DNA from: an uncultured Halanaerobiales bacterium
GTDB taxonomy: Bacteria; Bacillota; Halanaerobiia; B1SED10-174
DNA length: 64,000 nt
Assembly (NCBI GenBank): GCA_964568715.1
Contig: CAZMQU010000001.1
Coordinates: forward strand, 23,932-87,931
Reading direction: 5' to 3'
Shown: piece after piece, positions 38,581-49,477 of the stretch
Numbering within the stretch: the stretch's first letter is position 1
Layout of the letters: each line of letters opens with the position of its first letter
Notes under the pieces: generated by a model
What the model saw: the letters and a program-made list of their open reading frames with translations, nothing else
Databases searched by the model: none
Told to the model about the DNA's origin: nothing
Program-made: the position numbers and the translations under genes

Positions 38581-39927
38581 ATGAACAAAAAACTCGTGAT
38601 TATAATACTTTTATCATTAATATCTTCCTGGGCGGCTTGTAATTTTTTAAGTCGAGCCAACTACGATGTCGGACCTTTTACGGTTAATTTGGAGATAAAA
38701 GGGCCCACCGGCGGTGAAACGGTAGTGGTAATTCCTCCCCTTGGCGAAATAAGGGGAGCAACCCATTCTTTCCCGCTGAAGTTGCTTGTCAAAGTAAAAA
38801 ACATTGACTTGGCAGGATTGGAATCTTTTTTAACGGACCAAACAAAGGAGAGCCTGCTGGAAGTCTTTCAAGGGACGGGGAAGCAAATTCTCTACAGATA
38901 TATTGGCCGCTTATTGGCATTAGCATCGTTGATTGCTGCCTTGGCAGCTTTTTTGTGGGATAAAACATTTGCTGCCGCTTGGCAGGGCGCTGTTGTATCG
39001 CTTGTCTTTTTAACAATTATTCTTTTTTTTGTTGTCTTGCCTTTCAATCCCGCCGCTTTTGGTGAGCCTCAATTTACTGGGATTTTGGCTGATACACCTT
39101 GGTTTCTACGGATTTTGGAGGAGGGATTGACCGGCTACCATAATTGGCAGTCGAACATTGTTACCTTGACTGATAATTTAAGCAAATATTATTCTTCTTT
39201 GGAAGAGCTTAAGGATTTGGCTGATACGGAGGCAACTTTAAGAATATTGCATGTCTCCGATATCCACAACAATCCTTTGGCTATTTCCTTGATTAGCAGT
39301 TTGGCCGAAAACTTACCAATTGACTTTATCATTGACACCGGCGATTTGACCGATTTTGGGACAGCATTGGAATTGAATCTTACCGGCGACATAGCAAGCT
39401 TGCCGCTACCGTATGTTTTTATTCCCGGTAACCATGATTCTCCGGAAGTAATAGATTCGCTTGCAGGTATTAAAAACGTTGTTGTCTTAAAAGATGAGAT
39501 TTTTTCATATCATGGCATAAATATAATGGGTTTGGCGGATCCACTCAGTTTTGCTAAGGAGTTTGTCCCTTCTCGGGATATAAAAGAATATCAAAATGAG
39601 TACATTGAGCAGGTATTAAATCAAAAAGCAAGTATTGATATATTAGCTGTCCATAATTTGGCTCATGCAGATTTGCTGATTGGTAAGGTGCCGATAATTT
39701 TGTATGGCCACAACCATCAACAAAGCTATTCTTTTAAGGATGGGACACATTTGATAGGGGCCGGCAGTACCGGCGCGGAAGGTTTACGGGGTTGGCAACT
39801 GGCGGAAGATGCACCCTATACCGCTATGGTTTTAAATTTTGACGGCGACAAAAAATTAATTGCCGTTGATTTGTTGCAGTTTTCACAAAGAAGTTTCGGT
39901 TTTAGCTTACAAAGAATTTTTCTATAA
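38581..39927 (+). CDS. Membrane-associated metallophosphoesterase
   Basis: HVSDIHNN, DTGDLTD, PGNHD, YGHNH motifs after TM region. Confidence 0.85.
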   Translation: MNKKLVIIILLSLISSWAACNFLSRANYDVGPFTVNLEIKGPTGGETVVVIPPLGEIRGATHSFPLKLLVKVKNIDLAGLESFLTDQTKESLLEVFQGTGKQILYRYIGRLLALASLIAALAAFLWDKTFAAAWQGAVVSLVFLTIILFFVVLPFNPAAFGEPQFTGILADTPWFLRILEEGLTGYHNWQSNIVTLTDNLSKYYSSLEELKDLADTEATLRILHVSDIHNNPLAISLISSLAENLPIDFIIDTGDLTDFGTALELNLTGDIASLPLPYVFIPGNHDSPEVIDSLAGIKNVVVLKDEIFSYHGINIMGLADPLSFAKEFVPSRDIKEYQNEYIEQVLNQKASIDILAVHNLAHADLLIGKVPIILYGHNHQQSYSFKDGTHLIGAGSTGAEGLRGWQLAEDAPYTAMVLNFDGDKKLIAVDLLQFSQRSFGFSLQRIFL

Positions 39928-39943
39928 ATGTTAGGAGGAGATT

Positions 39944-40510
39944 TTGGCTGTAATGAGATCTTTTATAGCAATTAAGATACCCGATTTGATTGTAAGCCCC
40001 ATAGTCAGTCTACAAAAAGAATTGCAAGAAACGGCTGTCCCGGTCCGCTGGGTCAAGCCCCAGAATCTACATGTAACACTCTTGTTTTTAGGTAATATCA
40101 ATCCGGCAGCTGCCAAAAAGGTAGCGGTTAATTTGGAAGCTAAGGCTCGAAAATTCAAACCTTTTTCTCTAAACTTTAATGGAACAGGCACTTTTCCGCC
40201 GCGAGGGAAAATACGGGTTGTTTGGGTCGGTATCGGGCGGGGTGCCCGGGAGATGCAAAGTTTGCATTCTATGGTTAAGACAAGTTTGGCTTGGGGGAAT
40301 TTCGGCGACGGCAAAAACTTTTCTCCCCATTTAACCATTGGTCGAGTCAAGGATTTTACCAAGATGAGGGATTTACGACTTTTGCTGGAGGAAAAGCGAG
40401 GCTTTGCTACCCCTGATTTTTCAGTAAATTCAATGTTCTTGTTTAAAAGTGAGTTGACACCTTGTGGGCCGCTCTATACTGAACTGCAGGAATTTAAATT
40501 TATGCCTTGA
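39944..40510 (+). CDS. thpR: RNA 2',3'-cyclic phosphodiesterase (2H family)
   Basis: HVTL and PHLT 2H motifs, LFKSEL...Y. Confidence 0.9.
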   Translation: MAVMRSFIAIKIPDLIVSPIVSLQKELQETAVPVRWVKPQNLHVTLLFLGNINPAAAKKVAVNLEAKARKFKPFSLNFNGTGTFPPRGKIRVVWVGIGRGAREMQSLHSMVKTSLAWGNFGDGKNFSPHLTIGRVKDFTKMRDLRLLLEEKRGFATPDFSVNSMFLFKSELTPCGPLYTELQEFKFMP

Positions 40511-40665
40511 ACAGTCCACCCATCGAAAGCCGGCCGGGTAGATAATTTCCGCATTATGCTCGGATGGTAAATGTTTGCCGGTTGAAAGTAGTATGTTGCC
40601 GGGAGATGGCAGCCTGAAATGTTTTTTGGATTGGGTCCGCGGTCGTATAAAGAGGAGGGAGTTTT

Positions 40666-41730
40666 GTGACCAACGAAAAAGAGAAGGCTTTGGATATGGC
40701 CATTGGCCAAATAAAAAGAAGTTTTGGACAAGGTTCGATAATGAAGCTGGGGGAAGTAGCAGGAACACTGGATATTGAAGTTATACCGACGGGTTCTCTT
40801 TCCCTTGATGTGGCACTTGGGATTGGAGGAATACCCCGAGGCAGGATTATTGAGGTTTTCGGGCCGGAAAGTTCCGGTAAAACAACTTTGGCGCTACATA
40901 TGATTGCTGAAGCACAGAAATTAGATGGCATTGCCGCTTTCATCGACGCTGAGCATGCCTTGGATCCTAAGTATGCGCAAAATTTAGGTGTAAACATAGA
41001 TAACCTTTTAATCTCACAGCCGGATACCGGGGAGCAGGCTTTGGAAATCTGTGAAGCCTTGGTTCGTAGCAATGCTTTGGACATTATTGTTATTGACTCA
41101 GTGGCTGCCTTGGTTCCCAAGGCAGAGATCGAAGGTGAAATGGGCGATGTCCACATGGGTTTGCAAGCACGCTTGATGTCTCAGGCCATGAGAAAATTAT
41201 CGGGATCGATCAGCAAATCCAACAGTGTCGTCGTCTTTATCAACCAAATACGGGAAAAGGTCGGTGTCATGTTTGGTAGCTCCGAGACCACACCGGGTGG
41301 AAGAGCTTTGAAATTTTATTCATCGGTGCGGATTGACATTCGACGTGTGCAAACTCTGAAAGACGGTGATAGAAATATTGGGAACCGCACCCGGGCAAGG
41401 GTGGTGAAGAACAAAGTTGCGCCGCCCTTCCGGCAGGCCGAATTTGATATTATGTATGGAACGGGCATCTCCGCTGTAGGCAGCATCCTCGATGAAGCAG
41501 TAAATAATGAGATCATCGAGCGATCGGGTTCCTGGTATTCTTACGGTGAAGAAAGACTCGGCCAAGGTAGGGAAAATGTTAAGGCTTTTTTGGAGGAAAA
41601 CCTTGAGCTCTTAAAAGAAATCGAACTGAAGGTGAAAGAAAAACTCGGCTTTGTTGCAAAAAGAGAAACAGGGAAAGAGGCTAAGGATGCTAGAGGCAAC
41701 AAGGCTACGGCCAAAGAGAAGAATACTTGA
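40666..41730 (+). CDS. recA: Recombinase A
   Basis: [38 protein letters not shown]. Confidence 0.99.
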   Translation: MTNEKEKALDMAIGQIKRSFGQGSIMKLGEVAGTLDIEVIPTGSLSLDVALGIGGIPRGRIIEVFGPESSGKTTLALHMIAEAQKLDGIAAFIDAEHALDPKYAQNLGVNIDNLLISQPDTGEQALEICEALVRSNALDIIVIDSVAALVPKAEIEGEMGDVHMGLQARLMSQAMRKLSGSISKSNSVVVFINQIREKVGVMFGSSETTPGGRALKFYSSVRIDIRRVQTLKDGDRNIGNRTRARVVKNKVAPPFRQAEFDIMYGTGISAVGSILDEAVNNEIIERSGSWYSYGEERLGQGRENVKAFLEENLELLKEIELKVKEKLGFVAKRETGKEAKDARGNKATAKEKNT

Positions 41731-41766
41731 ACCCTTGGCTTAATCGATAATAAATCGGAAAATACT

Positions 41767-41795
41767 AACCGGCCGTTTTCACAAGGCCGGTTTTG
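41767..41795 (+). terminator. Terminator after recA
   Basis: AACCGGCC/GGCCGGTT stem followed by TTT. Confidence 0.6.
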
Positions 41796-41967
41796 CGGGG
41801 TAAATATAAATTATTGTTGTCCCGCCTCTACACCAGCGATATTTAAAGTTTTTTCTGGTGTTTTATTGGTTTTTCTGTTTTTTATATTAAAGGCGGGAGT
41901 ATCCATTATATTTTCTCGCCATATCTGATAAATAATAGTCTATACTCTCCCTTGCTATTTGTTTTTC

Positions 41968-41996
41968 TTGACACTGTTTTCAAAAAGATATAAAAT
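41968..41996 (+). promoter_or_regulatory. sigma-A promoter for rny
   Basis: TTGACA-N17-TAAAAT. Confidence 0.7.
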
Positions 41997-42066
41997 ATAA
42001 ACAAAGTTAATATATATAACCCCCGTTAGCTATATTCTTTTAAATAAAAACTGAATAAGGAGGGAG

Positions 42067-43614
42067 GTGGAAAAGATCAATCTGATGACTTGGATTTTTG
42101 TATTTTTCTCCCTGGTTTTAGGGTTTATTATAGGTTATGGCATAAGAAAGTATCTCATCGAAATGCGAGTCCAATCAGCCAAAAATGAAGCCAACAGTAT
42201 ATTGGAAAATGCGCAAAGGGATGCTGAATCTATTAAAAGAGAGTCGATAATTGAAGCCAGAGAAGAAGCCCATCAAATTAAAGAAAAAGTTGATCAAGAG
42301 TCTAAAGAACGACGGTCGGAGCTACAACGTTTAGAACGGCGCTTATTGCAAAAAGAAGAGAACATCGATAAAAAGACAGATGCACTGGAGAAGAAGGAAG
42401 AAAACCTAAAGCAGCGGGATAATAAAATTACCCGCCTGAAAGAAGAAATCAATGAGATAAAAGTACAGCAACTAAATATGCTTGAGAGTATCACCGGTCT
42501 GACAAAAGAAAAAGCTCAGCAAATTCTTTTATCAAGGGTGGAGCAGGAAATAGAGAAAGAAATCGCCCTAATGATCAAAGAAAAAGAATCGGATGCAAAA
42601 GAAAATGCCGAGAAGAAAGCCCGCGAAATCATATCTTTGGCTATCCAAAGGTGCGCTGCGGATCACGTTGCCGAGTCTACCGTTTCCGTTGTAACCCTAC
42701 CCAATGATGAGATGAAGGGCCGTATTATAGGCCGGGAGGGTCGCAACATTCGGACTTTGGAGAATTTGACGGGTATTGATTTGATTATTGACGATACGCC
42801 GGAGGCAGTTATTTTATCCGGATTTGACCCCATCAGAAGAGAAATTGCCCGGGTTGCTTTGGAGAAACTGATTGCCGATGGTCGCATTCATCCGGGTCGA
42901 ATCGAAGAAATGGTAGAAAAAGCCCGCAAGGAAATTGATGCCAAAATACGCGAAGAAGGTGAGCAAGCTGCGTTGGATACGGGGGTTCATGGAATACATG
43001 GGGAAATAATAAAACTGCTTGGCCGTTTGAAATATAGGACGAGCTATGGGCAGAACGTTTTGAACCATTCCATTGAAGTCTCGCATCTTGCCGGTATTAT
43101 GGCTCAAGAATTAGGTGCCGATGTTAAAGTGGCTAAACGAGCCGGCTTGCTTCATGATATAGGTAAGGCACTCGATCATGAGATTGAAGGGCCTCACGTC
43201 ACCATAGGCAGTGAGGTTGCCCGTAAATACGGAGAAAATGATGCTGTAATCCATGCAATTGCAGCCCACCATGAAGACATAGAATTCAACAGTATTGAAG
43301 CAATTTTGGTTGCAGCCGCTGATGCACTTTCGGCTGCCAGGCCCGGAGCACGGCGGGAGACATTGGAATCATATATTAAACGATTGGAAAACCTTGAAAA
43401 AATTGCCGATTCCTTTGATGGTGTGGAAAAGACATTTGCCATCCAAGCCGGTAGGGAAATAAGGATAATCGTTAAGCCTGATAAGGTAAAGGATGAATCT
43501 GCACCAAAATTAGCACGGGATGTTGCGAAAGCAATCGAAGAAGACTTGGAATATCCCGGCCAAATAAAGGTTACCGTTATCAGAGAAACAAGGGTAGTTG
43601 ACTATGCCAAGTAA
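42067..43614 (+). CDS. rny: Ribonuclease Y
   Basis: N-terminal TM, coiled coil, KH ([12 protein letters not shown]), HD (LLHDIGK), PGARRE. Confidence 0.97.
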   Translation: MEKINLMTWIFVFFSLVLGFIIGYGIRKYLIEMRVQSAKNEANSILENAQRDAESIKRESIIEAREEAHQIKEKVDQESKERRSELQRLERRLLQKEENIDKKTDALEKKEENLKQRDNKITRLKEEINEIKVQQLNMLESITGLTKEKAQQILLSRVEQEIEKEIALMIKEKESDAKENAEKKAREIISLAIQRCAADHVAESTVSVVTLPNDEMKGRIIGREGRNIRTLENLTGIDLIIDDTPEAVILSGFDPIRREIARVALEKLIADGRIHPGRIEEMVEKARKEIDAKIREEGEQAALDTGVHGIHGEIIKLLGRLKYRTSYGQNVLNHSIEVSHLAGIMAQELGADVKVAKRAGLLHDIGKALDHEIEGPHVTIGSEVARKYGENDAVIHAIAAHHEDIEFNSIEAILVAAADALSAARPGARRETLESYIKRLENLEKIADSFDGVEKTFAIQAGREIRIIVKPDKVKDESAPKLARDVAKAIEEDLEYPGQIKVTVIRETRVVDYAK

Positions 43615-43639
43615 ACATTTTTAACAAGTGAAATATAAA

Positions 43640-43673
43640 AAAAACAGGACTTGCAAAAAGGTCCTGTTTTTCT
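43640..43673 (+). terminator. Terminator after rny
   Basis: AAAAACAGGAC/GTCCTGTTTTT. Confidence 0.75.
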
Positions 43674-43766
43674 ATTAGTTACCAGAACGATAAAGCAGGA
43701 ACAGAGGTAGCTTAGATAGAAATTGAAGTCATGGTAACGGATGCAGAACGGGTAGGTGGAAATAAT

Positions 43767-44267
43767 ATGACCGGATCGGCTACAGTTGACTTTTTGGTAT
43801 CGTTGTTGGTGTGTTATCCGCAAATAAACCAAGCCAAGATCGAATCCTCTGCGAAATTTCTCCAGCTGACATTTTTAACAAGACCGGGTTACTCGCAAGA
43901 TGATTTTCGGGAGCTTGAATGTCGCATGTCAGCAGGTATTTCATTTTACAGGCAAATATCCGACGGGCAAAATCTGAATGTTAATTTGCAGTGGCGACCC
44001 GGCTATTGGGAGAAAGATTTTAATTTGAGTAAGATTGTTTTAGAGGTACCTTTGCCGGAGTTGGATACAGGAACAATCGGTATGTTAATCGGTCTTTTTG
44101 AAGTTTGTTCCTTGCAACCTATTATCAGTGAGAATATACAAACGGAAGATTCTTTTTTGCACTCTGGCCCCGGATTAAGCATATCGCCGCAAAAACTCAT
44201 GGAATCGTCGGCCAGCTTTTTCGGATTTAGGGAAGATGGCAAAGTTCTTGTCTTTAAAAGCAGGTAA
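43767..44267 (+). CDS. Conserved hypothetical protein
   Basis: RBS AGGTGG then ATG at 43767; ends FFGFREDGKVLVF; no family recognised. Confidence 0.7.
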   Translation: MTGSATVDFLVSLLVCYPQINQAKIESSAKFLQLTFLTRPGYSQDDFRELECRMSAGISFYRQISDGQNLNVNLQWRPGYWEKDFNLSKIVLEVPLPELDTGTIGMLIGLFEVCSLQPIISENIQTEDSFLHSGPGLSISPQKLMESSASFFGFREDGKVLVFKSR

Positions 44268-44373
44268 AAGCGATATTTTTAGCGTATACTATTTTTTAGT
44301 ATACTTTTTTTATTTTTACATAATTGACCCGCTAAGGTGAAAATGGTTGATTGGGAAAGGAATGGTTTAAATA

Positions 44374-45141
44374 ATGAAGGTTTTATTTATAGGGGATATC
44401 GTTGGCCGCCCCGGCAGAAAGATTGTCAGGGAGCAAGTTTCTCTTTTAAAAAAGGAGTACTCCATTGACGTTGTAATCGCCAACGGTGAAAATGCCGCCG
44501 GCGGTTTCGGTATTACCGGCAAAGTTTTCGATGAAATTATGTCCGCCGGTGTCGATATTGTTACATCGGGAAACCATATTTGGGATAAAAAAGAGATTTA
44601 TAATATAATAGATCAGCAACAAAAATTATTGCGGCCTTTGAATTATCCGCCGAAAGTGCCGGGTCGGGGCTACAATATCTACCCTTTACAAAAGGGCGAT
44701 AATATTGCCGTGATAAATCTTCTGGGCAGGGCGTTTATGGGGAATGTCGATTGTCCTTTCAGGGCTTTTACGAAGCACATCGATAGTATTCGCAAGATTA
44801 CCAAGTACATTATTGTCGATTTTCATGCGGAAGCAACAGCGGAGAAAAAGGCCTTCCTTTTCCATGCCGATGGAATGGTAAGTGCTGTACTGGGAACCCA
44901 TACACATGTGCAAACCAATGATGCCATGATAACTGAAAATGGTACCGTCTACATGACCGATGTAGGCATGACCGGCGTCCATAATTCGGTTATTGGTATG
45001 GAGGCCAAGGGAGTCGTAAAAAGCTTTGTGTCAGGCCTTCCTCAGAGATTTACCGTTGCTTCAGGTGAAGCGCGAATAAATGGTATATTGATGGAAATTG
45101 ATGAAGATGGGAAAACAGAGAGGTTTAAGGTTCTAAGCTGA
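44374..45141 (+). CDS. ymdB: YmdB-like metallophosphoesterase (TIGR00282)
   Basis: IGDIVG, NGENAAGG, TSGNHIWD, DFHAEATAEK, GTHTHVQT. Confidence 0.93.
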   Translation: MKVLFIGDIVGRPGRKIVREQVSLLKKEYSIDVVIANGENAAGGFGITGKVFDEIMSAGVDIVTSGNHIWDKKEIYNIIDQQQKLLRPLNYPPKVPGRGYNIYPLQKGDNIAVINLLGRAFMGNVDCPFRAFTKHIDSIRKITKYIIVDFHAEATAEKKAFLFHADGMVSAVLGTHTHVQTNDAMITENGTVYMTDVGMTGVHNSVIGMEAKGVVKSFVSGLPQRFTVASGEARINGILMEIDEDGKTERFKVLS

Positions 45142-45261
45142 GATTAATAATTCTTTAAAAATGATTTTTAAAAAAGAAGGAATTTAAACCCAAATATATA
45201 ATAATATAGAATACAAGGTCCTGGCAAATAAAAAAGATTTAAACAAGGAGGGTTCGCAAAT

Positions 45262-45522
45262 ATGGAGGTATTAAAAGTATCATCAAAATCCAGTCCTAAT
45301 TCCGTTGCCGGAGCTCTGGCAGGAGTCCTTAGAGAAAAAGGTACTGCCGAGTTACAGGCAATTGGTGCCGGCGCTTTAAATCAAGGAATTAAAGCAGTGG
45401 CGATTGCAAGAGGATTCGTAGCTCCAAGTGGAATCGACTTAATTTGTATACCGGCGTTTACCGATATCCAAATTGATGGTGAAGAACGAACTGCAATTAA
45501 GTTGATTGTTGAACCTAGGTAA
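45262..45522 (+). CDS. spoVS: Stage V sporulation protein S
   Basis: MEVLKVSSKSSPNSVAGALAG...GAGALNQ..KAVAIARGFVAPSG. Confidence 0.97.
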   Translation: MEVLKVSSKSSPNSVAGALAGVLREKGTAELQAIGAGALNQGIKAVAIARGFVAPSGIDLICIPAFTDIQIDGEERTAIKLIVEPR

Positions 45523-45601
45523 GGTATTTTGGTAATTGCCTGTTTGGCTAAACAGACAGGCAATCTTTTTTTTAAAAATATTACCGGGAGGCGTTTTTTT
45601 A

Positions 45602-46555
45602 ATGTTTACAATCGATGGTCATTCCGATACACTTCTTTGGGTAAAGAATGATCCGAACTACAGTTTTTTTCAGGAAAACGAGAGAAGCCATATGGATTTA
45701 CCCCGCCTAAAAAAAGGAAAAGTCAATCTGCAAATAATGGCCATGTTCATTGAATCCCAATACAAACCTTATCAGTCGACAGCGAGGACCTTCGAGCTCT
45801 GTGGCTGTTTCCACCGTTTGCTCCGGGCAGGCAAGGATGAATTGGTCTTTGTAAAAGATGCGGCGACTTTGGAATATGTTGAAAAAAACAGGGACAAGGT
45901 AGGCTTGCTGATGGCCTTGGAGGGCGGTGAAGCCATTACCTGTGTTGATATGCTCCACTGCCTTTATGCTTTGGGCCTGCGGTTGGTCACTTTGACATGG
46001 AATCAAAGAAATTTGTTGGCAGACGGTGTCGGTGAGAGTGCCACCGGCGGTGGCTTGACCAAATTGGGCAAGGAAATTGTCGGCGAAATGAATAAATTGG
46101 GCATGGTCGTTGATGTTTCCCATTTATCAGAACGTGGTTTTTGGGATGTTGTAGGTACCTGTGAGGGGCCTTTTGTTGCTTCCCATTCCAACGCTTACGG
46201 TTTGACTCCCCACCCAAGAAACCTGAAGGATGATCAGATAACCGCTTTGGTTAAAAAAGGCGGAATTCTGGGTATCAATTTTGCTACAAGCTTCTTAACC
46301 GATAAACCTAGGGCAAGCCTGCAGGATGTCTTGGCCCATATTGAATATATTACATCTCGCTGGGGGTTTGATTGTGTGGCCCTTGGAACCGATTACGACG
46401 GTATTCATCCGACGCCGGAAGGCTTGGAGGATGTAAGCCGGTTGCCTAATCTGACCGATGCCTTACTGAACCGTTATAAACCTGAAAATGTTGAGAAAAT
46501 TATGGGTGGTAACTGGAAACGTGTTCTCTTAGAAATATTTGCTAGGGGTAGCTAA
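45602..46555 (+). CDS. Membrane dipeptidase (M19) family protein
   Basis: DGHSD, ALEGG, TLTWN, DVSHL, ASHSN, HPRNLKD, GTDYDG; ATG at 45602. Confidence 0.92.
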   Translation: MFTIDGHSDTLLWVKNDPNYSFFQENERSHMDLPRLKKGKVNLQIMAMFIESQYKPYQSTARTFELCGCFHRLLRAGKDELVFVKDAATLEYVEKNRDKVGLLMALEGGEAITCVDMLHCLYALGLRLVTLTWNQRNLLADGVGESATGGGLTKLGKEIVGEMNKLGMVVDVSHLSERGFWDVVGTCEGPFVASHSNAYGLTPHPRNLKDDQITALVKKGGILGINFATSFLTDKPRASLQDVLAHIEYITSRWGFDCVALGTDYDGIHPTPEGLEDVSRLPNLTDALLNRYKPENVEKIMGGNWKRVLLEIFARGS

Positions 46556-46564
46556 AAGTATCCT

Positions 46565-46592
46565 TTGACAGATTTACTCTTAATGATATAAT
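46565..46592 (+). promoter_or_regulatory. sigma-A promoter for PHP gene
   Basis: TTGACA-N16-TATAAT. Confidence 0.6.
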
Positions 46593-46627
46593 TAAGCATA
46601 GCCTTATTGTCGAAGGAGATTTTTCTT

Positions 46628-47455
46628 GTGGCTATTGATTTGCACCTCCATACAACGGCTTCAGATGGAAGTTATACACCTTTTGAGCTCGTTGCCATGG
46701 CTCGGAAAATAAAATTACAGGCCATTGCTATTACCGATCATGATACAGTCGATGGTTTGCTTGAAATCTTAGATTTTGAAACAGGCAATCTTGAGATTAT
46801 TCCCGGTATCGAGTTGAGTACTGAAATAGATGATACCGACATTCATATTCTCGGCTATTTCATTGATCTTAAAAAACCCGGTTTAAATGATTACCTCAAC
46901 ACATTGCAAGAAAAACGTCGGCAGAGGTGTGCAATGATTATAGATGCCCTTGATTCCTTGGGCATTTATTTAAGTAATGGATCTAAAAAGCATATTCTGC
47001 AGCAAAAAGCTCCCGGCAGAATGCTTATTTCCCGAGCGCTTTGCGATGAAGGATATGTAAATGATTCCAATCAAGCTTTTGATTTATATTTAAGCCGGGG
47101 GCGGCCTGCCTTCGTGCCTCGCATTTCAATCAGTCCTTATGAGGCTATTGATTTTATAATTGAATCCGGTGGTATCAGTGTATTGGCTCATCCCCGCAGC
47201 AGTTTTACTGCCGAATTTATTGGCCGGCTCAAGGAACATGGCCTGGAAGGCTTGGAAGTAATTCATTCCAGCCATACACCGCAAGAAACGAAACTGTTGC
47301 TTGACATTGCCGCAAGATTGGACCTGGCACCTAGTGGCGGTTCCGATTGCCATGGACCCGGACATGGTGTAAAACCACTATTAGGAACGGTGGACGTGCC
47401 TTTGGCATGGTTAGCGGGACTTAAGTATAGATGGGAAAAAATAAGAAGATTTTAA
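46628..47455 (+). CDS. PHP-domain phosphoesterase (YciV/TrpH-like)
   Basis: DLHLHTTASDG, ITDHDT, HILGY, LAHP, GGSDCHG; GTG start at 46628. Confidence 0.9.
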   Translation: MAIDLHLHTTASDGSYTPFELVAMARKIKLQAIAITDHDTVDGLLEILDFETGNLEIIPGIELSTEIDDTDIHILGYFIDLKKPGLNDYLNTLQEKRRQRCAMIIDALDSLGIYLSNGSKKHILQQKAPGRMLISRALCDEGYVNDSNQAFDLYLSRGRPAFVPRISISPYEAIDFIIESGGISVLAHPRSSFTAEFIGRLKEHGLEGLEVIHSSHTPQETKLLLDIAARLDLAPSGGSDCHGPGHGVKPLLGTVDVPLAWLAGLKYRWEKIRRF

Positions 47456-47463
47456 GGGGGCAA

Positions 47464-48453
47464 ATGGAGTATATGAAAAAAAACCTGGCCTTATTGCTAA
47501 TTCTTTTTTTGGCAGTAGGAATAATGGTAAGTTGCAGCTCCGATAAAAAGGATGCTGAAGATGTGACGGGTGATGCTGAAAGTCAGGAAGTAATTGCTGT
47601 CGTCAACGATGAAAAAATATTTTCGGGCAAACTGGAAAGGAATCTTGAACTTTTTAAGAAAAATTTAATGGATGTTTACAACATTGATATTGAGGAGGAA
47701 GGAAACGAAGCTTTGTTGGCATCTGTAGAGTCAAATCTCATGCAAGACATTATTTATGAAGTCCTGCTATGCCAGGAAGCTGCTAACCAAGGTATCGTAG
47801 TTCCTTCGGAGTCCATAGAAGAATACTATGAGGACATTAAAGCCTCTTATCCTTCCGAGGAAGATTTTGCTGATTTTTTAAAGGATCTGGATATGAAACC
47901 GGAAGATTTTAAGGAAATGATCCACAACCAATTTATCATTGAGGCACTACTGGGAAGCCTCCAGTTGGATATAAATGTAACTTCGGAGGAAATCGAGGCG
48001 CATTATGCCAAATTCAGCAACCAGTATGATATGCCTGAACAGATTGCTGCCAAACACCTTCTTTTCGAAACCGAAGAAGAGGCACTTAATGTTTTGGCAG
48101 AGATTAAGGGCGGGGTTCCTTTCAACGACTTTATGGAGCATGGAGATGATTTGGGCTATTTCCAGCGGGGTATGATGGTACCTGAATTTGAAGCAGCCGC
48201 TTTCGCCTTGCCGGTCGGCGGTTTGGGCGGTCCGGTCGAAACAATGTTCGGATTTCATCTTATAACAGTCTACGATAAAGTCGAAAGCAGAAAGGCAAGT
48301 TTGGATGACGTGGCCTTTGAAATTCGAGAACAATTGATTGGAGAAAAGCAAAACAAGGCCTACGAAGATTATCTCAATGACATCTACAACAAAAGTGATA
48401 TCGAAATTCTCTATCAACCTGCGGAGCTAGAGGATACAATGATACCGTATTAG
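47464..48453 (+). CDS. PrsA/SurA-type peptidyl-prolyl isomerase lipoprotein
   Basis: Lipobox MVSC, AKHLL, GDDLGYF, MVPEFEAAAFAL, ETMFGFHLI. Confidence 0.88.
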   Translation: MEYMKKNLALLLILFLAVGIMVSCSSDKKDAEDVTGDAESQEVIAVVNDEKIFSGKLERNLELFKKNLMDVYNIDIEEEGNEALLASVESNLMQDIIYEVLLCQEAANQGIVVPSESIEEYYEDIKASYPSEEDFADFLKDLDMKPEDFKEMIHNQFIIEALLGSLQLDINVTSEEIEAHYAKFSNQYDMPEQIAAKHLLFETEEEALNVLAEIKGGVPFNDFMEHGDDLGYFQRGMMVPEFEAAAFALPVGGLGGPVETMFGFHLITVYDKVESRKASLDDVAFEIREQLIGEKQNKAYEDYLNDIYNKSDIEILYQPAELEDTMIPY

Positions 48454-48498
48454 AATCTTCATGTTGGTTACAATAATCAACATGAAGGAGGATGTAAA

Positions 48499-48666
48499 TT
48501 GACAAACGAATTGTTTGACAGACTCGAGAGACAGTTTTATCGTTATACGGAAATGTATGATGCCAATATCATCAACTTGTTTAAACAAAGAAACACCGGC
48601 CCGGAAGAAACTGTTCTTCGCCAAATTCTCGATGAAGCAAAGCATTTACCAATAACCCCCAATTAG
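48499..48666 (+). CDS. Small hypothetical protein (55 aa), absent from ORF track
   Basis: RBS GAAGGAGG, TTG start, MTNELFDRLERQFYRYTEMYDANIINLFKQRNTGPEETVLRQILDEAKHLPITPN*. Confidence 0.65.
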   Translation: MTNELFDRLERQFYRYTEMYDANIINLFKQRNTGPEETVLRQILDEAKHLPITPN

Positions 48667-48676
48667 GGGGTTATTG
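48650..48676 (+). terminator. Terminator-like hairpin ending the small ORF
   Basis: AATAACCCCC-AATTA-GGGGGTTATT. Confidence 0.6.
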
Positions 48677-48859
48677 TAAATGTAAAAAGGATTTGTTCTT
48701 CAGCCTGTCGAATAATGCAAGAAAGACAAGCCTGATTAAAGACTTTTACCTCATTGCTTACGTTGAACCCGGCGCTAAAATCTATACTTATTCAAAGTGT
48801 TTTTAAAGAAGGAAAGGCCGAGAATTACTAAACAATTGCGATAAAAAGGAGAGATTCGG

Positions 48860-49477
48860 ATGTGGGATATCATTGTCAAAGGCGGCCCAATTATGGTTCC
48901 ACTCGTCTTATGTTCCATAGTCAGCTTGGCTGTAATAATCGAACGCTTTATTTACTTTAAAAGGACGAGCAATAATAATTACAGGTTGTTTCAAAAGTAT
49001 TCCCGCTATATCGTAGACAACAATTTAACCAAAGCAATCAAAGAATTGAAAGACGAGCGTGGACCCATTGCGGGAATAATCGCTTCCGCTCTTACTTATA
49101 GCAGCGGTTCAAAAAATAATCTCAAAGAATTTCTGCAAACAACCGGCGAGCAAGAGATTGAAAAAATGGAAAAAAACCTGATAATTCTCGATGTTATTGC
49201 AACAATTGCCCCCTTGTTGGGTCTTTTGGGTACCGTCTTAGGTATAATTGACAGCTTCGATATTCTTTCTGCAACCGGCGGTGTGGCCTCACCTGTTCAA
49301 TTAAGTTCCGGTATAGCCCGGGCCTTACTGACAACAGCCGCAGGTTTGTTTATTGCTATCCCGGCATTAATTTTTTACACCCACTTTGTCCGAATTGTCA
49401 ACACCAGGATTCGGGAAATCACCCGGTGGACAAGGGAATTATATGCCTTGTTGGAGGGTGGAGAAGATGGAATTTAA
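48860..49477 (+). CDS. exbB: ExbB/TolQ/MotA proton channel protein
   Basis: GGPIMVPL, IAPLLGLLGTVLGII, IARALLTTAAGLFIAIPA. Confidence 0.9.
   Translation: MWDIIVKGGPIMVPLVLCSIVSLAVIIERFIYFKRTSNNNYRLFQKYSRYIVDNNLTKAIKELKDERGPIAGIIASALTYSSGSKNNLKEFLQTTGEQEIEKMEKNLIILDVIATIAPLLGLLGTVLGIIDSFDILSATGGVASPVQLSSGIARALLTTAAGLFIAIPALIFYTHFVRIVNTRIREITRWTRELYALLEGGEDGI

Noticed and set aside
40510-40665. LexA (Cheo) box upstream of recA
   Set aside because: No convincing GAAC-N4-GTTC match found by eye
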